Below the pieces are notes generated by a model. The model worked only from the letters and a program-made list of their open reading frames with translations. It made no database searches and had not been told where the DNA came from. Positions 50,514 through 63,600 of a DNA stretch of 64,000 nt are shown here, in pieces (positions within the stretch are counted from its first letter, which is position 1; every line of letters begins with the position of its first letter). The stretch spans positions 55,750,464 through 55,814,463 of the forward strand of contig NC_043011.1 in NCBI RefSeq assembly GCF_006345805.1, written 5' to 3'. The stretch comes from Octopus sinensis (lineage: Eukaryota). The position numbers and the translations under genes are program-made.

Positions 50514-50960
50514 TCATTATCATCATTTAACATCCGCTTTCCATGCTAGCATGGGTTGGACGATTTGACTGACGTCTGGCGAACCAGACTCCAGTCTGAT
50601 CTGGCAGAGTTTCTACAGCTGGATGCCCTTCCTAACGCCAACCACTCCGAGAGTGTAGTGGGTGCTTTTACATGCCACCAGCATGATGGCCAGTTTGGTG
50701 GAACTGGCAACGGCCATGCCCAAATGGTGCTTTTTATGTGCCACCTGCACAGGAGCCAGTCCAGCGGCACTGGCAACGACCTTCACTTGAATATTTCACA
50801 TGCCACCAGCACAAGCGTTAGTAAGGCGACAGAGTAACGATCACGCTCGAATGGTGTGCTTAACGTGCCATCGGCATGAAGGCCAGCTTGTTGCTCTGGC
50901 AACGATCTCACTCGTATGGTACTCTTAGTGCTCCACTAGCAATGGATGCCAGTCACCGAG
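50514..50960 (-). mobile_element. RTE 3'UTR repeat with several diverged tandem units
   Basis: Family consensus, reverse orientation. Confidence 0.85.
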
Positions 50961-51410
50961 TTTAAAAAAGATGTTGAAACAAATTTTCTTGATTAAACTC
51001 ATTCTAGATATTAAAATGTTAACTTGAATTAACTTGCACAGCACAAAATTGTTTCCAATTCTAAGGTGAGGTGGAGGTATTAAGATTCCAATTGTTCTGA
51101 TTTTCAACTTGGTCTTTACAAGATTTATATCTACTCAACATTTCAGTCAGTTTGATCACTGGTATTCAGTCAAGAATCTTTATTCCTGGATATGAACATG
51201 GTTCAAAATTTGGTTATAGAGTAAGAATCTTTATTTCAAAACTGAAAGTTGTAATATTCTTAAGCATTACATATCCAAGAATAAAAGAACCAAAGATGAA
51301 TCAAAACATAGATTTGGTAAAAATATTGTAAGTCCACATTCTATAGATGAAGATAAACAGCCTTGAATACAATTGATTTCTGTGAGCTTCTAGTGAACCA
51401 ATGGCTTAAA

Positions 51411-52722
51411 TGAGGGGGTACCCAAAAGTAACTAGAAACATTCTCTGTGGAGCAAACCAGATGTAGTTCAGGCTTCTGCTGCTAGAAGCCACTTTATGCA
51501 ACCCTCAGGCATCAGTCTGCTGACTGGTGGTGTCGGATGAAGTCGTACTGCTATGTGGTGTGTCATTGTTTTGCAGTGTTTCTCCCCTGTTTGTCAATTT
51601 TTGTGATGACTGAAATGAAGGAACAACGTGCTTCCATGAAAATCTGTTTTCTGCTGCGGAAAATGGCGGCTGAAACAGTTGTCATGCTTCAAACAGCTTA
51701 CAAGGCTGCTGCCATGAGTAAAACAAGTTTACAAGTGGTTCTCATGCTTTAGGAATGGTCAATTGTTACTTGGAGACCAACCTTGATTAGGGTGACCGTT
51801 GACCTCACAAACAAATGGAAACATCATGAGAATTCCTGAACTGATCTTGGAGGACCATTACCGAACAATTGATGAACTCATTGATATGACTGGTGTGTCC
51901 TGGAGCTCCTGCCAGCAAATTTTGAGTGAGGAATTGCAAATGAGAAGAGTTGCAGTAAAATTTGTGCCTCACTTGCTCACAGAAGATCAAAAGCAATCAT
52001 GAACTGAAAGAACAGTTGAAAGTTGATCCAGACATTTTTTTGAAGGTCATCACTAGTGATGAAAGCTGGTGCTATGGCTACAACCTGGAAACAGAGCAGC
52101 AATCAAGTCAATGGAAGCATTCAATGTCACCACACCTCCAAAACAAAAGCATGTCAAGTGAAGTTTAATGCAAGACTGTTGGTTTGTTTCATCAATGTGA
52201 AAGGAATTGTCCACACAGTATTTGTTCCTCATAGTCAAAATGTTAACTAAACATTTTACTTGACAGTTAGTTCTGAAGAATCTGCAAGAGACAGAGAGGT
52301 GAAAATGCACTGACCAGTGGCAAAAAGTGGAGAGTGATGCTTTCATCATGGCAATGCACCTTCACACACTGCTGTGAGTGTGAGACAGTTTTTGACCAAA
52401 AATGGCATGACCCCATTTACCCGCCCTCTCTATTCACCTGATCTTGCTGCCTGCAACTTTTTTTTGTTCCCCTGAATGAAAAAAGTCCTTAAAGGAAAAC
52501 GTTTTGCTGATGTGGAAGAGGTAAAGAAAAAAGCAACAGAGGCATCAAAAGCATCACTTCGCAAGAATTCCAGGACTGCTTCAAACAGTGGCAAATGCAT
52601 CTGGACCCAATGTTTTGCTTCAAATGGGGAATATTTTGAAGGCAATAAAAGTGTAAACATGTAAAATTAAGTGAATAAAATAGCATTGCAAAATTCCAGT
52701 TTCTTTTTTTGGTAGCCCCTCA
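51411..52722 (+). mobile_element. Full-length decayed mariner (Tc1/mariner) transposon, ~1.31 kb
   Basis: TIRs TGAGGGGGTACCCAAAA / TTTTTGGTAGCCCCTCA, TA on the right flank. Transposase pieces: EQRASMKICF, ITSDESWCYGY, HHGNAPSHT, YSPDLAACNFFLFP, KGKRF. Multiple stops and frameshifts. Confidence 0.93.
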
Positions 52723-54881
52723 TATGATTATTATGCCTTGCCTTGGCCTTTCAAAATCTGTTGGACTTATGGGGGCACCATTTGACATGTCTTGGAAATT
52801 TGTTTGGTTTTTTTTTTAGAACTGAGGGAGTCCATCTCTCCTCATACTTGACTGTAGTCAATTTCTGAGAGAGAGAGAGATACAACAATATATATATATA
52901 TATATATATATTTATTAAAAATGGGGAAGACTGGTTTATGGGATTACCTTAGGTTTCCCGTCCATATATATAGAGTGAAAGAGAGACAGAAATCAACTTT
53001 TGTAGAGGACTGGTACTTTTTTGTGAAGCACAAAGTATAAAAACAAAGTTGACACTGTGGCCACCTTTAGTCGAGCAGATCGACCCCAGGACTTATTCTT
53101 TGGATGCCTAGTACTTATTCTATCGGTCAGGAGTGCAGAAAACAAGAAAGAATGCCACAGGACAATCTGTCACTCAGAGGTTTTTTGCTAATTCATAGCA
53201 CTGTGTCGAGTTATACATGAATACAAAAACTTGTAATATTTAACAAATCATTTTTCCCATATCCTATACAATTAAGAACAGGCATTGTTTATTCTCTCTC
53301 TCTCTATAAAAAAAAAGAGAAAGAGTGAAAGAAAGGCAGGGAAAGAGTCGAGTCTCTGTAAAAATAGTGTAACAAGATAAAGATTAAGAGTAACCAGGGG
53401 CAGAAGGTTTGAGCTAAGATAGTCTAGGTGTAATAAGAAGTTAGATTATACAAACAAAAGATTTGTCTAAGGGCAGATATAATAATGCATATGAAGGTTT
53501 TAAAGGAACCCTGGTTAAACAAGCAATGGTGAGGTTAACCTAAATGCATATAAACTCAAAGACTAATGAATGGATAACATTTGGTTTTACCACTTTAGTA
53601 ACTGAAATCATTTCTCAATTATTTTTCTTGGTGGAATGCATTTAGTCATCAATGTCTATTGATGATATTTGAGATTGTAAGCGACTTTTATTATAACAAG
53701 ATGTGTTTGGAAAACTAGTCATATTAGATTATCGTCTTGCACTGTTTTGGCCAGATTTAATGCCATTGTTGGAATTAGCTGTTCAGTCGATATCTTATGG
53801 ATTAGTGATTTTACTTCCAGTAGACTGCATCCAAATCACACAAGTTTCCTCCCACGTGAACTCAACATTAAATGTTAAATCCTCATTTAATGTTCTTAAA
53901 TGAACCATTGTCATTTTTTCAAGTCATTAACCACAACTTTAGAGGTGTTTATTTACATTTTGATCAGTTTCATCTTGGAATCATCATTAGTTGTCATGTT
54001 CTGAAACATGTCCATTAATACCAGGCTATATTCATCTAGGAACCTTATACAGAAGGGTCAAAACAGAACGGTTAACAAGACGTTGCCCTTCATTCAGAAT
54101 AAACACCTTTTGCATCACACCCTTAAAAATCATCCCTTGCTGCTTTATGTTCTGAGTTCAAACCCTGCTCAAGTCCACTTTCTCTTTTGTCTTTTAGAGA
54201 CTGATAAAACACTGGTTGTGAGTCAACCCTAAAAAGGTAATGCTCCAGCATGGCCACAAACGGTTTAATGACTGAAACTAATACAGAAATAAATCTAAAT
54301 AAAAAGTCCTTCCTTGGAACCCTGCCTGACAATAGCCTTTTCCTCTTTGCCTTTAGTTTATCCTAAAACCACAAAACATTTAAATTGATAAATAAATTAT
54401 CACAAAGCATTAATTCAGCATCTTTTGTTGATTATACTAAATGCTTGGCAAGTCAGTGAAAATCACAAAATGTTCTCAAATATGAAATATTACAGAATAA
54501 ACTAATATTTAGTCAATGAATTTTAAACCCAATGTCCCCCCCCCCATTACCACACCACTTCTTGTCACTCACACACCCTCTTACAAAATGCCTGAGTTTT
54601 CATTAGAAATTTAATTATAATGGTTTCTGTGGAAGAAATGCTATTTGATTCTGAAAATGCTTTTAAATTTGTAGTGTATTCTTCGATAAAGATATTGTAG
54701 TACTTAAGATTTAAGTCTAGCAGTTATGTAACAGATTGAAATGCAGAGAAAAGAATGGCATAGAATTTTTTTCTTGTCACAAGTAGCAGCAGCAGCAGCA
54801 GAGTGCATTGACCGATTTTTGGCTTGATGATAGAGCTCAGAAATGGTAACGATAATGGTGGAATTGGTAAACAATAAATGG

Positions 54882-55247
54882 ATTTGGAGTAAAGATTGTT
54901 TGCCAACATAACATGGCAGTCCTGGTTTAGGACGAATGTTGCTGTAATTTAGCCCCAAGAGACATTGTCTCCAGCTGGCTATACAACACAATCTGTGTCC
55001 TTATATTTTCAAACAAGGGAGTCTAGCATCCCCACTCAGCTCAAAACAACAATAACCTGGAAATCGCGATACACAGGTATTGTTTTGAGCTGAGTGGGGA
55101 TGCTAGACTCCCTTGTTTGAAAATATAAGGACACAGATCGTGTTGTATAGCCAGCTGGAGACAATGTCTCTTGGGGCTAAATTACAGCAACATTCATCCT
55201 AAACCAGGACTGCCATGTTATGTTGGCAAACAATCTTTACTCCAAAT
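54882..55247. repeat. Near-perfect long inverted repeat (fold-back)
   Basis: ~54882-55050 is the reverse complement of ~55080-55247 with 2 mismatches; stem continues with bulges to a 14-nt loop. Confidence 0.95.
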
Positions 55248-55444
55248 TACTGTTGCTGAATATCTCTCGTTGTGAGATTTAAAAATAGTAATTTTCTAAT
55301 AAATGATTTCTTATATTAGAATGAAGAGTTCTTATATTAGAATGGAGAGGAGTTTATTGAACTGTCCCAAGTAATTCATTAGGTCCTAATGGAAGAATAA
55401 CTGAAGGAATTTGAACAAAAAGGGCCAAAACTGAAAACAGATAT

Positions 55445-55845
55445 AATGATAATAACCCTTTCTACTACAGGCATAAGGCCTGAAATTTGTGGGGAGGGGG
55501 GCTAGTTGGTTACATTGACCCCAGTATTGGCTGGTACTTATTTTATAGACCCTGAAAGGATGAAAGGCAAGGTTGACCCCCAAGCAGTATTTGGACTAAG
55601 AAGGGAAAGAGTGCTGCCTTAATAACAATAATTCTTTCAAATTTTGGCACAAGGCCAGCAATTTGGGGGAGTGGAGCAAGTCAATTAGATTGACCATAGT
55701 GTTCAACTGATATTTTATCAACCCTGCAATAATGAAAGGCAAAGTTGACCTCAATAAAATTTGAACTCAGAACCGAAAGACATACAAAATGTTGAACAGC
55801 ATTTTGTCTGATGTGCTAACAGTTCTGCCAGCTTGCTGCCTTAAG
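55445..55845 (-). mobile_element. Two family C SINEs
   Basis: ccctttctactacaggcataaggcctgaaatt and gcacaaggccagcaatttgggg tails plus bodies. Confidence 0.72.
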
Positions 55846-56425
55846 CAGTTGAAATTACCAAATTTGAATATATATTTGAAGCAATTGATAATTCCATGAT
55901 ACTTTGTGTGTGTCAATTTATTTTATTATACAAATAAATGCACCAGGTGGCAGCTAATGTATTGTAGAAATATTTTTTTTTAAATCAACAAAAACCTAGC
56001 ATATTTATACATTTTTATATACATTGTAATTCAAATGTGATTTATTAACTGATTTCATTTGAAAATCTACCGAAGCATCAAATTTCTATAATAGAAGAAA
56101 GATTTCAATAAAATTATAACAAGAAATCACAACTCAGAGCCAAACATAAATGGTGGGAGCAACATAATGTGTGTGAGTGTTCAAGCTATATATGCATTGA
56201 TAATCAGTTTTCAGACATCAAGTATTTAATTAATTAACTAAAATATTTACACCAGTTCTTATTTTCTGGATTGCAAAAAAAAAGCTTCAGAGTCAGACTC
56301 ATTAATCCATCTGAAAATAAAAAGAGAGGTGAAGTCAACCCATTATTTTATTAATGGTGGAACCCCGCAGACTACATTAGTAAATAAATGAGAAATACAT
56401 AAGATAAACTGTATTTTTTCTAAAT

Positions 56426-56589
56426 AGATAAGACCAGCTGGCAAACACTGATGCTCTTGCAGTATCAACAATTTGATTTTCCCAAACAAGTCTATTCCCC
56501 AGACACTATAGTGTTCACATTAGAAAAGTTATATAACTAGTTTAAGATGATACTGCACAAATGTCAGTGTTTGCCAGCTGGACTTATCT
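56426..56589. repeat. MITE-like element with ~42-bp imperfect terminal inverted repeats
   Basis: agataagaccagctggcaaacactga...gcagtatca pairs with tgatactgc...tcagtgtttgccagctggacttatct. Confidence 0.7.
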
Positions 56590-57073
56590 CTACACAAAAT
56601 TCAACTTATCTCATTTGTTTGCTAATATAGTCTGCTAGGTCTCACTATTAATAAAATAATGGATTGATCCCACCTCTGTTTTAGTGTTTAATGGATTAGC
56701 AAGTTTTTTGTAATCCAGAAAAATAAGAACCAAAATAGGATTTCACTTCATTGCTTCTATCCATTTTTGCCACCCACAATTCCTCAGAGGGTTGTAGGGG
56801 TAGAGTCTTCAGTCACCTCCTCCAGAGTGGAGACAACCATCGTTAACCTCTTCTGGTTGGATTTGAAAGTAGGACCAACTGATTCAGTTAATTAAATACT
56901 CAAGTTAACAGGTGACTACTGCAAGTAAAGGTGTGAATAAATGTAAACAGATACGTGTATGGGTGTGCTTGATATCTTTTATCTTTTACTTATTTCAGTC
57001 ATTGGACTGCAACCATACTGGAGCACCACCTTGAAGGGTTTTAGTCAAACAAATTGAGCCCATACTTGTGTTT

Positions 57074-57076
<3 letters not shown>

Positions 57077-57126
<50 letters not shown>
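57077..57126. repeat. (GA)n microsatellite
   Basis: Seen directly. Confidence 0.95.
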
Positions 57127-57130
<4 letters not shown>

Positions 57131-58304
57131 CATCTTGCCCAATTCTTACAAATACTGTTACATCATCTCTAAATAAGAATGTCTGGCAACCAATTTCATT
57201 TTCTTAAGCCAATTGTTTTATTGTAGGGAAGTGATTTATTGAGTTGCAGTTTATTGAGTTAAAAAAATGTAATTAATTAGGTTTTTGAAAATATTGAGTC
57301 TGAGCAGCAAGACTGGCTTTAACATTAGAGGCAATGAATGACAGCAAGTTGGCAGAAATGGTTTGTCGTCAAAGTAAATGCCTTTCTGAGTTTTGTTTCA
57401 TCTTTGTGCAGAGTTCAAAATTTGAAAATTAACCTTGTCTCTATGTAAGAAATCAATATTAGAGAGAAATGCTAAGATCTTTCAAATATTCTATCAAACC
57501 AGTTTTGAAATGATGCAGATGGAAATTATCTTGATTTTAAATCCGATGATGACACAAGTACTTCAGCATTTGAGAAAAAACAAGCTACTTATTACCATAA
57601 CATCAAAAACACAGAAATATTGAAACTGAATTTGGAAATTTTTTTGTATTTTTAGTAATTAACCAATGAAAAGTTATTAAATTTATCAGCAAGAGTGAGT
57701 GACTTATTGAAGCCAGAGAAAGATCAATTTTTAACTAATCTAATTTCAGTTTACTTTTGAAGTGTTTGTTACAACTCCTGCTTCTATCATTTTATGGCAT
57801 TACTCAGCAATAAAACTATAGAGAAAGTAAACTTGTTGACTGAAAAAAAAAACAAAAAAAAACTTGACAGCCTCCAATGAAATTTTGTCAATATACTCCT
57901 AACTTTGCTTATCCCCTTCTCTGGTGCCTTGCTGTATTTTTTTTCTTTCACTTCTAAGCAAAGGATATATTTTGAGAGTTATATAAAATATATTTTTTAA
58001 GTAATTAGGCAAACCTGTGCTAGTTGAAACCTTTTTCTCTTTAATAGCCTAATCGATACTTTCTTTATGTCAAACAACAGCTCATGTCGTTAATGTAATA
58101 GCTACTTTAGGTTACAAAGAAGAAAAAAAAAGTAATATCAAGCTATTTATCTTCAGGTTTTCATGCCATATAAAGCAATAGTTGACACGCAATTTCTACC
58201 GCCAAACCTCTTTGTAATTCTGGTAAAATGTATCTCAGCTGCAATCTATTCCTTTTCTGAATACAAAACCAGACCACTTACATTAATAATGTTTTCTCCA
58301 CCAA

Positions 58305-58460
58305 ATCATCATCATCACCATCATCATTGTTTAACATCCGCCTTCCATGCTAGCATGGGTTGGATGATTTTGACTGAGGGCTGGCGAACCAGATGGCTGC
58401 ACCAGGCTCCAATCTTGATTTGGCAGAGTTTCTACAGCTGGATGCCCTTCCTAATGCCAA
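58305..58460 (-). mobile_element. RTE 3'UTR repeat, truncated
   Basis: Family consensus, reverse orientation. Confidence 0.82.
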
Positions 58461-58789
58461 TTTTAGATATATTTCCAGCTGTAGATTTTTAAAAGTGTTT
58501 GACCTGACATGAAGTAAAGATTTAATGGTCGTTGCTCCAAAGCTCATCTTGCCATCCTTAGAAGATGAATGGTGAGAATTAGAAATGTTTTTTTTTAAAA
58601 ACTTTAATCAGTGAAAGATTTACTATTCATCGCTGATGGACTTGGAAGAGTGGAACTGTTTCTTTTTATTCATCTTTTAGTTGAAGAACTTTTGAGAAAC
58701 GAATCTGTCAGGTGATTCTTTTGCTTTTCTGCTTCCTCCTAAATCTTTTAACATTCATGAAATGTAATGCTTATTAACTCATGGTGATA

Positions 58790-59109
58790 CAAGTGCCGGT
58801 GACACGTAAAAACACCACCCGAACGTGGCCGTTGCCAGCACCGCCTCGACTGGCCTCCGTGCCGGTGGCACATAAAAAGCACCAACTGATCATGGCCGTT
58901 GCCAGCTTCACCTGGCACCTGTGCTAGTGACACGTAAAAAGCACCCACTACACTCACGGAGTGGTTGGCGTTAGGAAGGGCATCCAGCTGTAGAAACACT
59001 GCCAGATCAGACTGGGCTTGGTGCAGCCTCCTGGCTTCCCAGACCCTGGTTGAACCGTCCAACCCATGCCAGCATGGAAAGCAGATGTTAAACGATGATG
59101 ATGATGATG
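58790..59109 (+). mobile_element. RTE 3'UTR repeat
   Basis: Family consensus with (GAT)n tail. Confidence 0.85.
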
Positions 59110-59494
59110 TTTTGAATCAAATCTTGCACTATCTCATAACTCTGAGATTTTAAAGCTGTAATTGTATATTCTTAGAATGACATTATAGAGTAGGTGTGAA
59201 AGGCCAGATCTTGTTGGTTTAAACATAAAACAGGTAGAAAATTTAGTTAGTTTGAATACCAAAGGGTTAACACATAAAAAAAAACTGGATATTTCCATTA
59301 ATTTCCTTCATTTCTTCCCCTCATTCTTTGTTCTTTACAAGGATTTAAATGCCACAAAATGGGCTCTCTTCAACAGATTACAAAATATTGACAAACATTT
59401 TGGAATTCTTTTTTTGCAGTAAATGTGCAGAGCTTAGTTGTTCTGTTTGCTGTAATTATGAGTCTTGTAATATATCATTATTATTATTATTATT

Positions 59495-59935
59495 ATTATT
59501 GTGGTGAGCTGGCAGAACTGTTAGCATGCCAAGCAAAAATGTTTAATGGCATTTCCGCTGTCTTTACATTCTTAGTTCAAATCCTGAAGAGGTTGACGTT
59601 GCTTTTCATCCTTTCAGGGACAATGAAATAAGTACCAGTTGAGTACTGGGGTTGTTGTAAATGACCTTCCCCCTCCCCTCATAATTGTTGGTCTTGTGCC
59701 AAAATTAGAAAGAATTATTATTATAGCAGTGAAATGGTAGAATTGTTAGAGAGTCAGACAAAATGCCTTGCAGTAATTCCATGTTCTGAGTACAAATTCC
59801 ACAGAGGACAACTTTGCCTTTCATTCCTCCTGGGTTGATAAAATAAAGTACCAGTTAACTCTTGGGTCCAACAGTGTTGTCTTACTGCTCGGCTCAAAAT
59901 TGCTGACCTTGTGCCTAAATTAGAAACCGATATTA
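59495..59935 (+). mobile_element. Two tandem family C SINEs
   Basis: ggtgagctggcagaactgttagc head; second head near 59730. Confidence 0.72.
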
Positions 59936-60236
59936 TTGAGGGCAGTTATATCATTGGAAACTAGTTCTTTGGGTTTTCTTACACACCACATTCCCAACAA
60001 ACAGATTGTTCATTGTCTCAAAAACTGCATAATGGCTGATTGGGGGTGGGGGGTTGTAAGACAAAAGCAACTTCCAATCAAACTATGAAGAGACGTGTCC
60101 ACAACATCAACCAAACAATCCAAGTATTTTTGTTTTACAACTCACAGTTTTGAAATTGTTTCTGCTTTCCAGTCTCAGGTTATGTATGCTTATATGTCGA
60201 TATATTTTTTAGAAAATTACTAAAATAATAATAATA

Positions 60237-60615
60237 AGTGGCTGTGTGGTAAGTAGCTTGCTTACCAACCACATGGTTCCGGGTTCAGTCCCACTGCGTG
60301 GCACCTTGGGCAAGTGTCTTCTACTATAGCCTCGGGCCGACCAAAGCCTTGTGAGTGGATTTGGTAGACGGAAACTGAAAGAAGCCCGTCGTATATATGT
60401 ATGTGCGTGTATGTTTGTGTGTCTGTGTTTGTCCCTCTAGCATTGCTTGACAACCGATGCTGGTGTGTTTATGTCCCCGTTACTTAGCGGTTCGGCAAAA
60501 GAGACCGATAGAATAAGTACTGGGCTTACAAAGAATAAGTCCCGGGGTCGAGTTGCTCGACTAAAGGCGGTGCTCCAGCATGGCCGCAGTCAAATGACTG
60601 AAACAAGTAAAAGAA
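60237..60615 (+). mobile_element. tRNA-headed SINE (family B), near consensus
   Basis: gtggctgtgtggtaagtagc...gggttcagtccc...gaaacaagtaaaaga. Confidence 0.9.
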
Positions 60616-61689
60616 AAAAAAAAGAAAAAAAGAAATGTTTTATACTACTGCATTGCTGTTGCTGTGTTTAACAACATGAATAAACTCATGTTTTCCATCC
60701 TTTTGCTCAGATATTTATCTCTCATCACTCTCACTTCTATTCTCCTTGTGAGGTTTATTTGCTTTGAATGAAATTAGACAACATAGAGTAAAAGGACTCT
60801 TTAGCCTTGCAGAGAACTAGCCAACCTCTCTAGTGCTGGTGCCATCATAAAATGTACACCCCACCACCACCATTCACTTGTCTGAGATCTTTAACTCATG
60901 TAGGAGAGTAAACTCCAAATAAGAAGTGACTCAGGTCATGAGGACTCATCCAACCCATACCAGCATGGGAAACAGGTATATGATGGTGATGGCAATGATG
61001 ATGATGAGAGTGAAAAGTATTTCCAAAGTATTGTACAGTTATAAGAAAATGTAAAGAGCATATCATTTTATATCTAGAAATTAATGATCAAAGCCCATAG
61101 GAAGAAGTCTTTAGCTTGTGTTTGAAATCTAGATTTTTCTGATAACCAGTGGCAGCCCCCTTTTTTTATTATTATTTTGGAACCAGAATATTCTACAGAT
61201 CCCCAATTTCTACTCCTGACTCGTTCCGATGAACCAACAAGTCAATTTACTCACCTCACAAGAAACAGCACTAAAAACCTCCCCCTATTCTCTTAAAATA
61301 GAACACATGAAATAACATGGTTCTATGTCTTAACAAAGACAGGATGGTCATGGCTGGGACATTTTTTATCGTAGGTCTGCTTGATCAGGACTGACTTTGG
61401 GTTTAAGAACTGGTACTACAAAGTTTAAAGCAGCTTCCAGGAGCAGATTAAAAGAGATTAGTGAAAGAAGAAGACCACATGGCATTAATGCATCTTTGAC
61501 TTGTTAATCAATTTGGAGGCTGTATTTCTAATGGTGGATGATCTCAGCAATAATACAGGTACAATTGCTTTGAAGTTTCCTTTCAGGTAAATTGCCTTAT
61601 TTGCTACGTAGGAAAGGTGTTGGTAGAAATTCCCTACAGTCTACTCAGTGCAAGTTATGGATACATAAGTAGTACAGTGGCATCACATG

Positions 61690-61920
61690 AAGGCTAATGG
61701 AAAAGTGTTTGTGTGCGTGTGTAAGATGCACTGGCGCTAAAGATATACAGAAAATAGATTTCCTCAAATGCTGCCCCAGAGATTCACAAGAAGTAATAAA
61801 TAGTTTCTGTGAATTAGGTGACATAATTAGCAGTGGAGGAGGATGTTCTGAAGGTATAGTTGTCAGAATAAGAAGAGGATTAAGAGAAAGGTTCGAGATT
61901 TTCTTTAATATTTTGTCAAT
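61690..61920 (+). mobile_element. RTE RT fragment
   Basis: LKCCPRDSQEVINSFCELGDIISSGGGCSEGIVVRIR resembles RTE FxYLGD...GGGC...RI. Confidence 0.75.
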
Positions 61921-61952
61921 GAAGGAGGAGTAAAAAATTGTTGTGTAAACCT

Positions 61953-62216
61953 AAGGAATTACAACCATGTTTCGTGGTCTGCTACCACACTAGCTCCTTT
62001 ATAGGATCCAGTTAGCTCAAGACATCATGAGGAGGAACCATGTCCGGTTTCAGCCCCTACTTTTCTACCGTTTTGACTCGGTGGGGCCCCCGCTTTCGGA
62101 GGTGTCTTCAGCTCTGGTGTTGGGTGCATGTCTTCTTTCTTCTGTTCCCTGGCCTCTTCGATGTATCGTCAGCGAGTGTCAATCGGTGACTGACTGACTT
62201 GTCAAATTTTTTCCTT
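61953..62216 (-). mobile_element. ~270-bp dispersed element (copy 2, inverted relative to 43808-44073)
   Basis: Direct homology to copy 1. Confidence 0.6.
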
Positions 62217-62339
62217 TGCATTTTGTTTTTCTAGTAAATTGTGTGACCACGGACACATTCCCCCCTCAGCAAGGACAGATATAATCATAGTGGACAAAAT
62301 GGCTCAATTCTTGCCTGTCAAGCAATTCAGTTCAGAAAC

Positions 62340-63600
62340 TTCAAAAATCTTGATTTTCTCTATGAAGTGTGCTCCATCTTTTCAGTCGCCATCTTAGACA
62401 TAGAAATAAATCAGAATCCAACATAAAATGTTTTGTCTCTTCTTTTACAGCTTTCTCTTCATTCTTCTGACTTTTAAAATAAAATGTTTTACATATGTGA
62501 AGAACAGCTCTCCTTTTATATGTTTCATTGAATATACAGCTGTGTTTCAACTTTTATCTCTTTTATTTTAGACTTTACAGATTTTCTTAGTTTTGTTTTT
62601 TACAGTTGGTTTGAAACAAAGTTCCTGCATTTCTATTCGACATTTGCATTTCTTCAGTCATATTTTCAAGAGCTGAATATATTTGGCCTCTGTTGTTTCT
62701 TATATATTGGTTGAATTCATGTACAATTTCTCACTAAAAGCAATGTCTCTTTCTCTCTCTCTCTCTCCGTCCTTTGGTTTTTGTACGTTGATGTTTTCTA
62801 TTGCAAAACATGTTGTTGAATATCTGACATTGTGCCATGAAGATTGGTGTTAAGAAGAAGTCGAAGAAATCTAAATTATTTTCTTTCCACGTAAGGTTGC
62901 ATACACACAGTTATTGCTCTCCGTTTCTTCCGTTGCAATCATTGATATATTTGGAGGAACAAAGAATATTTCTGTTGTGTTGCATTTTAAAGAATGTTTG
63001 GCTCTGGTTACTATCAGTCAGGCAATTATTTTAATATCCTTCAATGAAATGGTTTTACTTGTTTGAGCAGAATCTATTTTGTTGCTAGCTTCATAAATAG
63101 GTTTGTTAATGTCTTCAAACATGGAGAACTGTTGCCAAGTTAAGAAATTCTACGATCATTTTTGTGGTTGTTTACATGAATATTGATGTAGCCAGAAATA
63201 ATGATATTAAAGTAATGGAGACAAACAAAATGAAGTGATCCAATGACACAAGTTATTTATATAGAAACTAAAGCATGGAATTTTCCAGTTGATGAAAATT
63301 TTACTTGGCAACCAATGTTTTTAAAAGATATAAAAGATTTTTAAGATCGAGATCTCAAAAAAAAAAAAAAAAGTTATTTTCAAGTAAGCATTATTTCAGA
63401 GCCATTTCTTTGGCTGTTTTTTCCGAAAGAAATGATGGATGTCAGAGTTGCAATATAAACATTTATATTTGAAAGAGCCAAGTTTCTTGGAAAATATTAA
63501 CATTGATTTAAGGAATGTCACTTTGGTTTGAATCAACAAACCATTTTGTATCATACAGGCTACAACACTCCAGTTGGGTTTTTACAACTTTAGCCATTGA
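62340..63600 (-). mobile_element. Possible heavily decayed LINE ORF2 (APE endonuclease region)
   Basis: FNIIISGYINIHVNN resembles the APE motif IIxGDFNIHV; the rest is full of stops. Confidence 0.3.

Noticed and set aside
57400-57640. piggyBac remnant (TTAA-CC start, acidic peptide)
   Set aside because: No matching second terminus or transposase motif was found.
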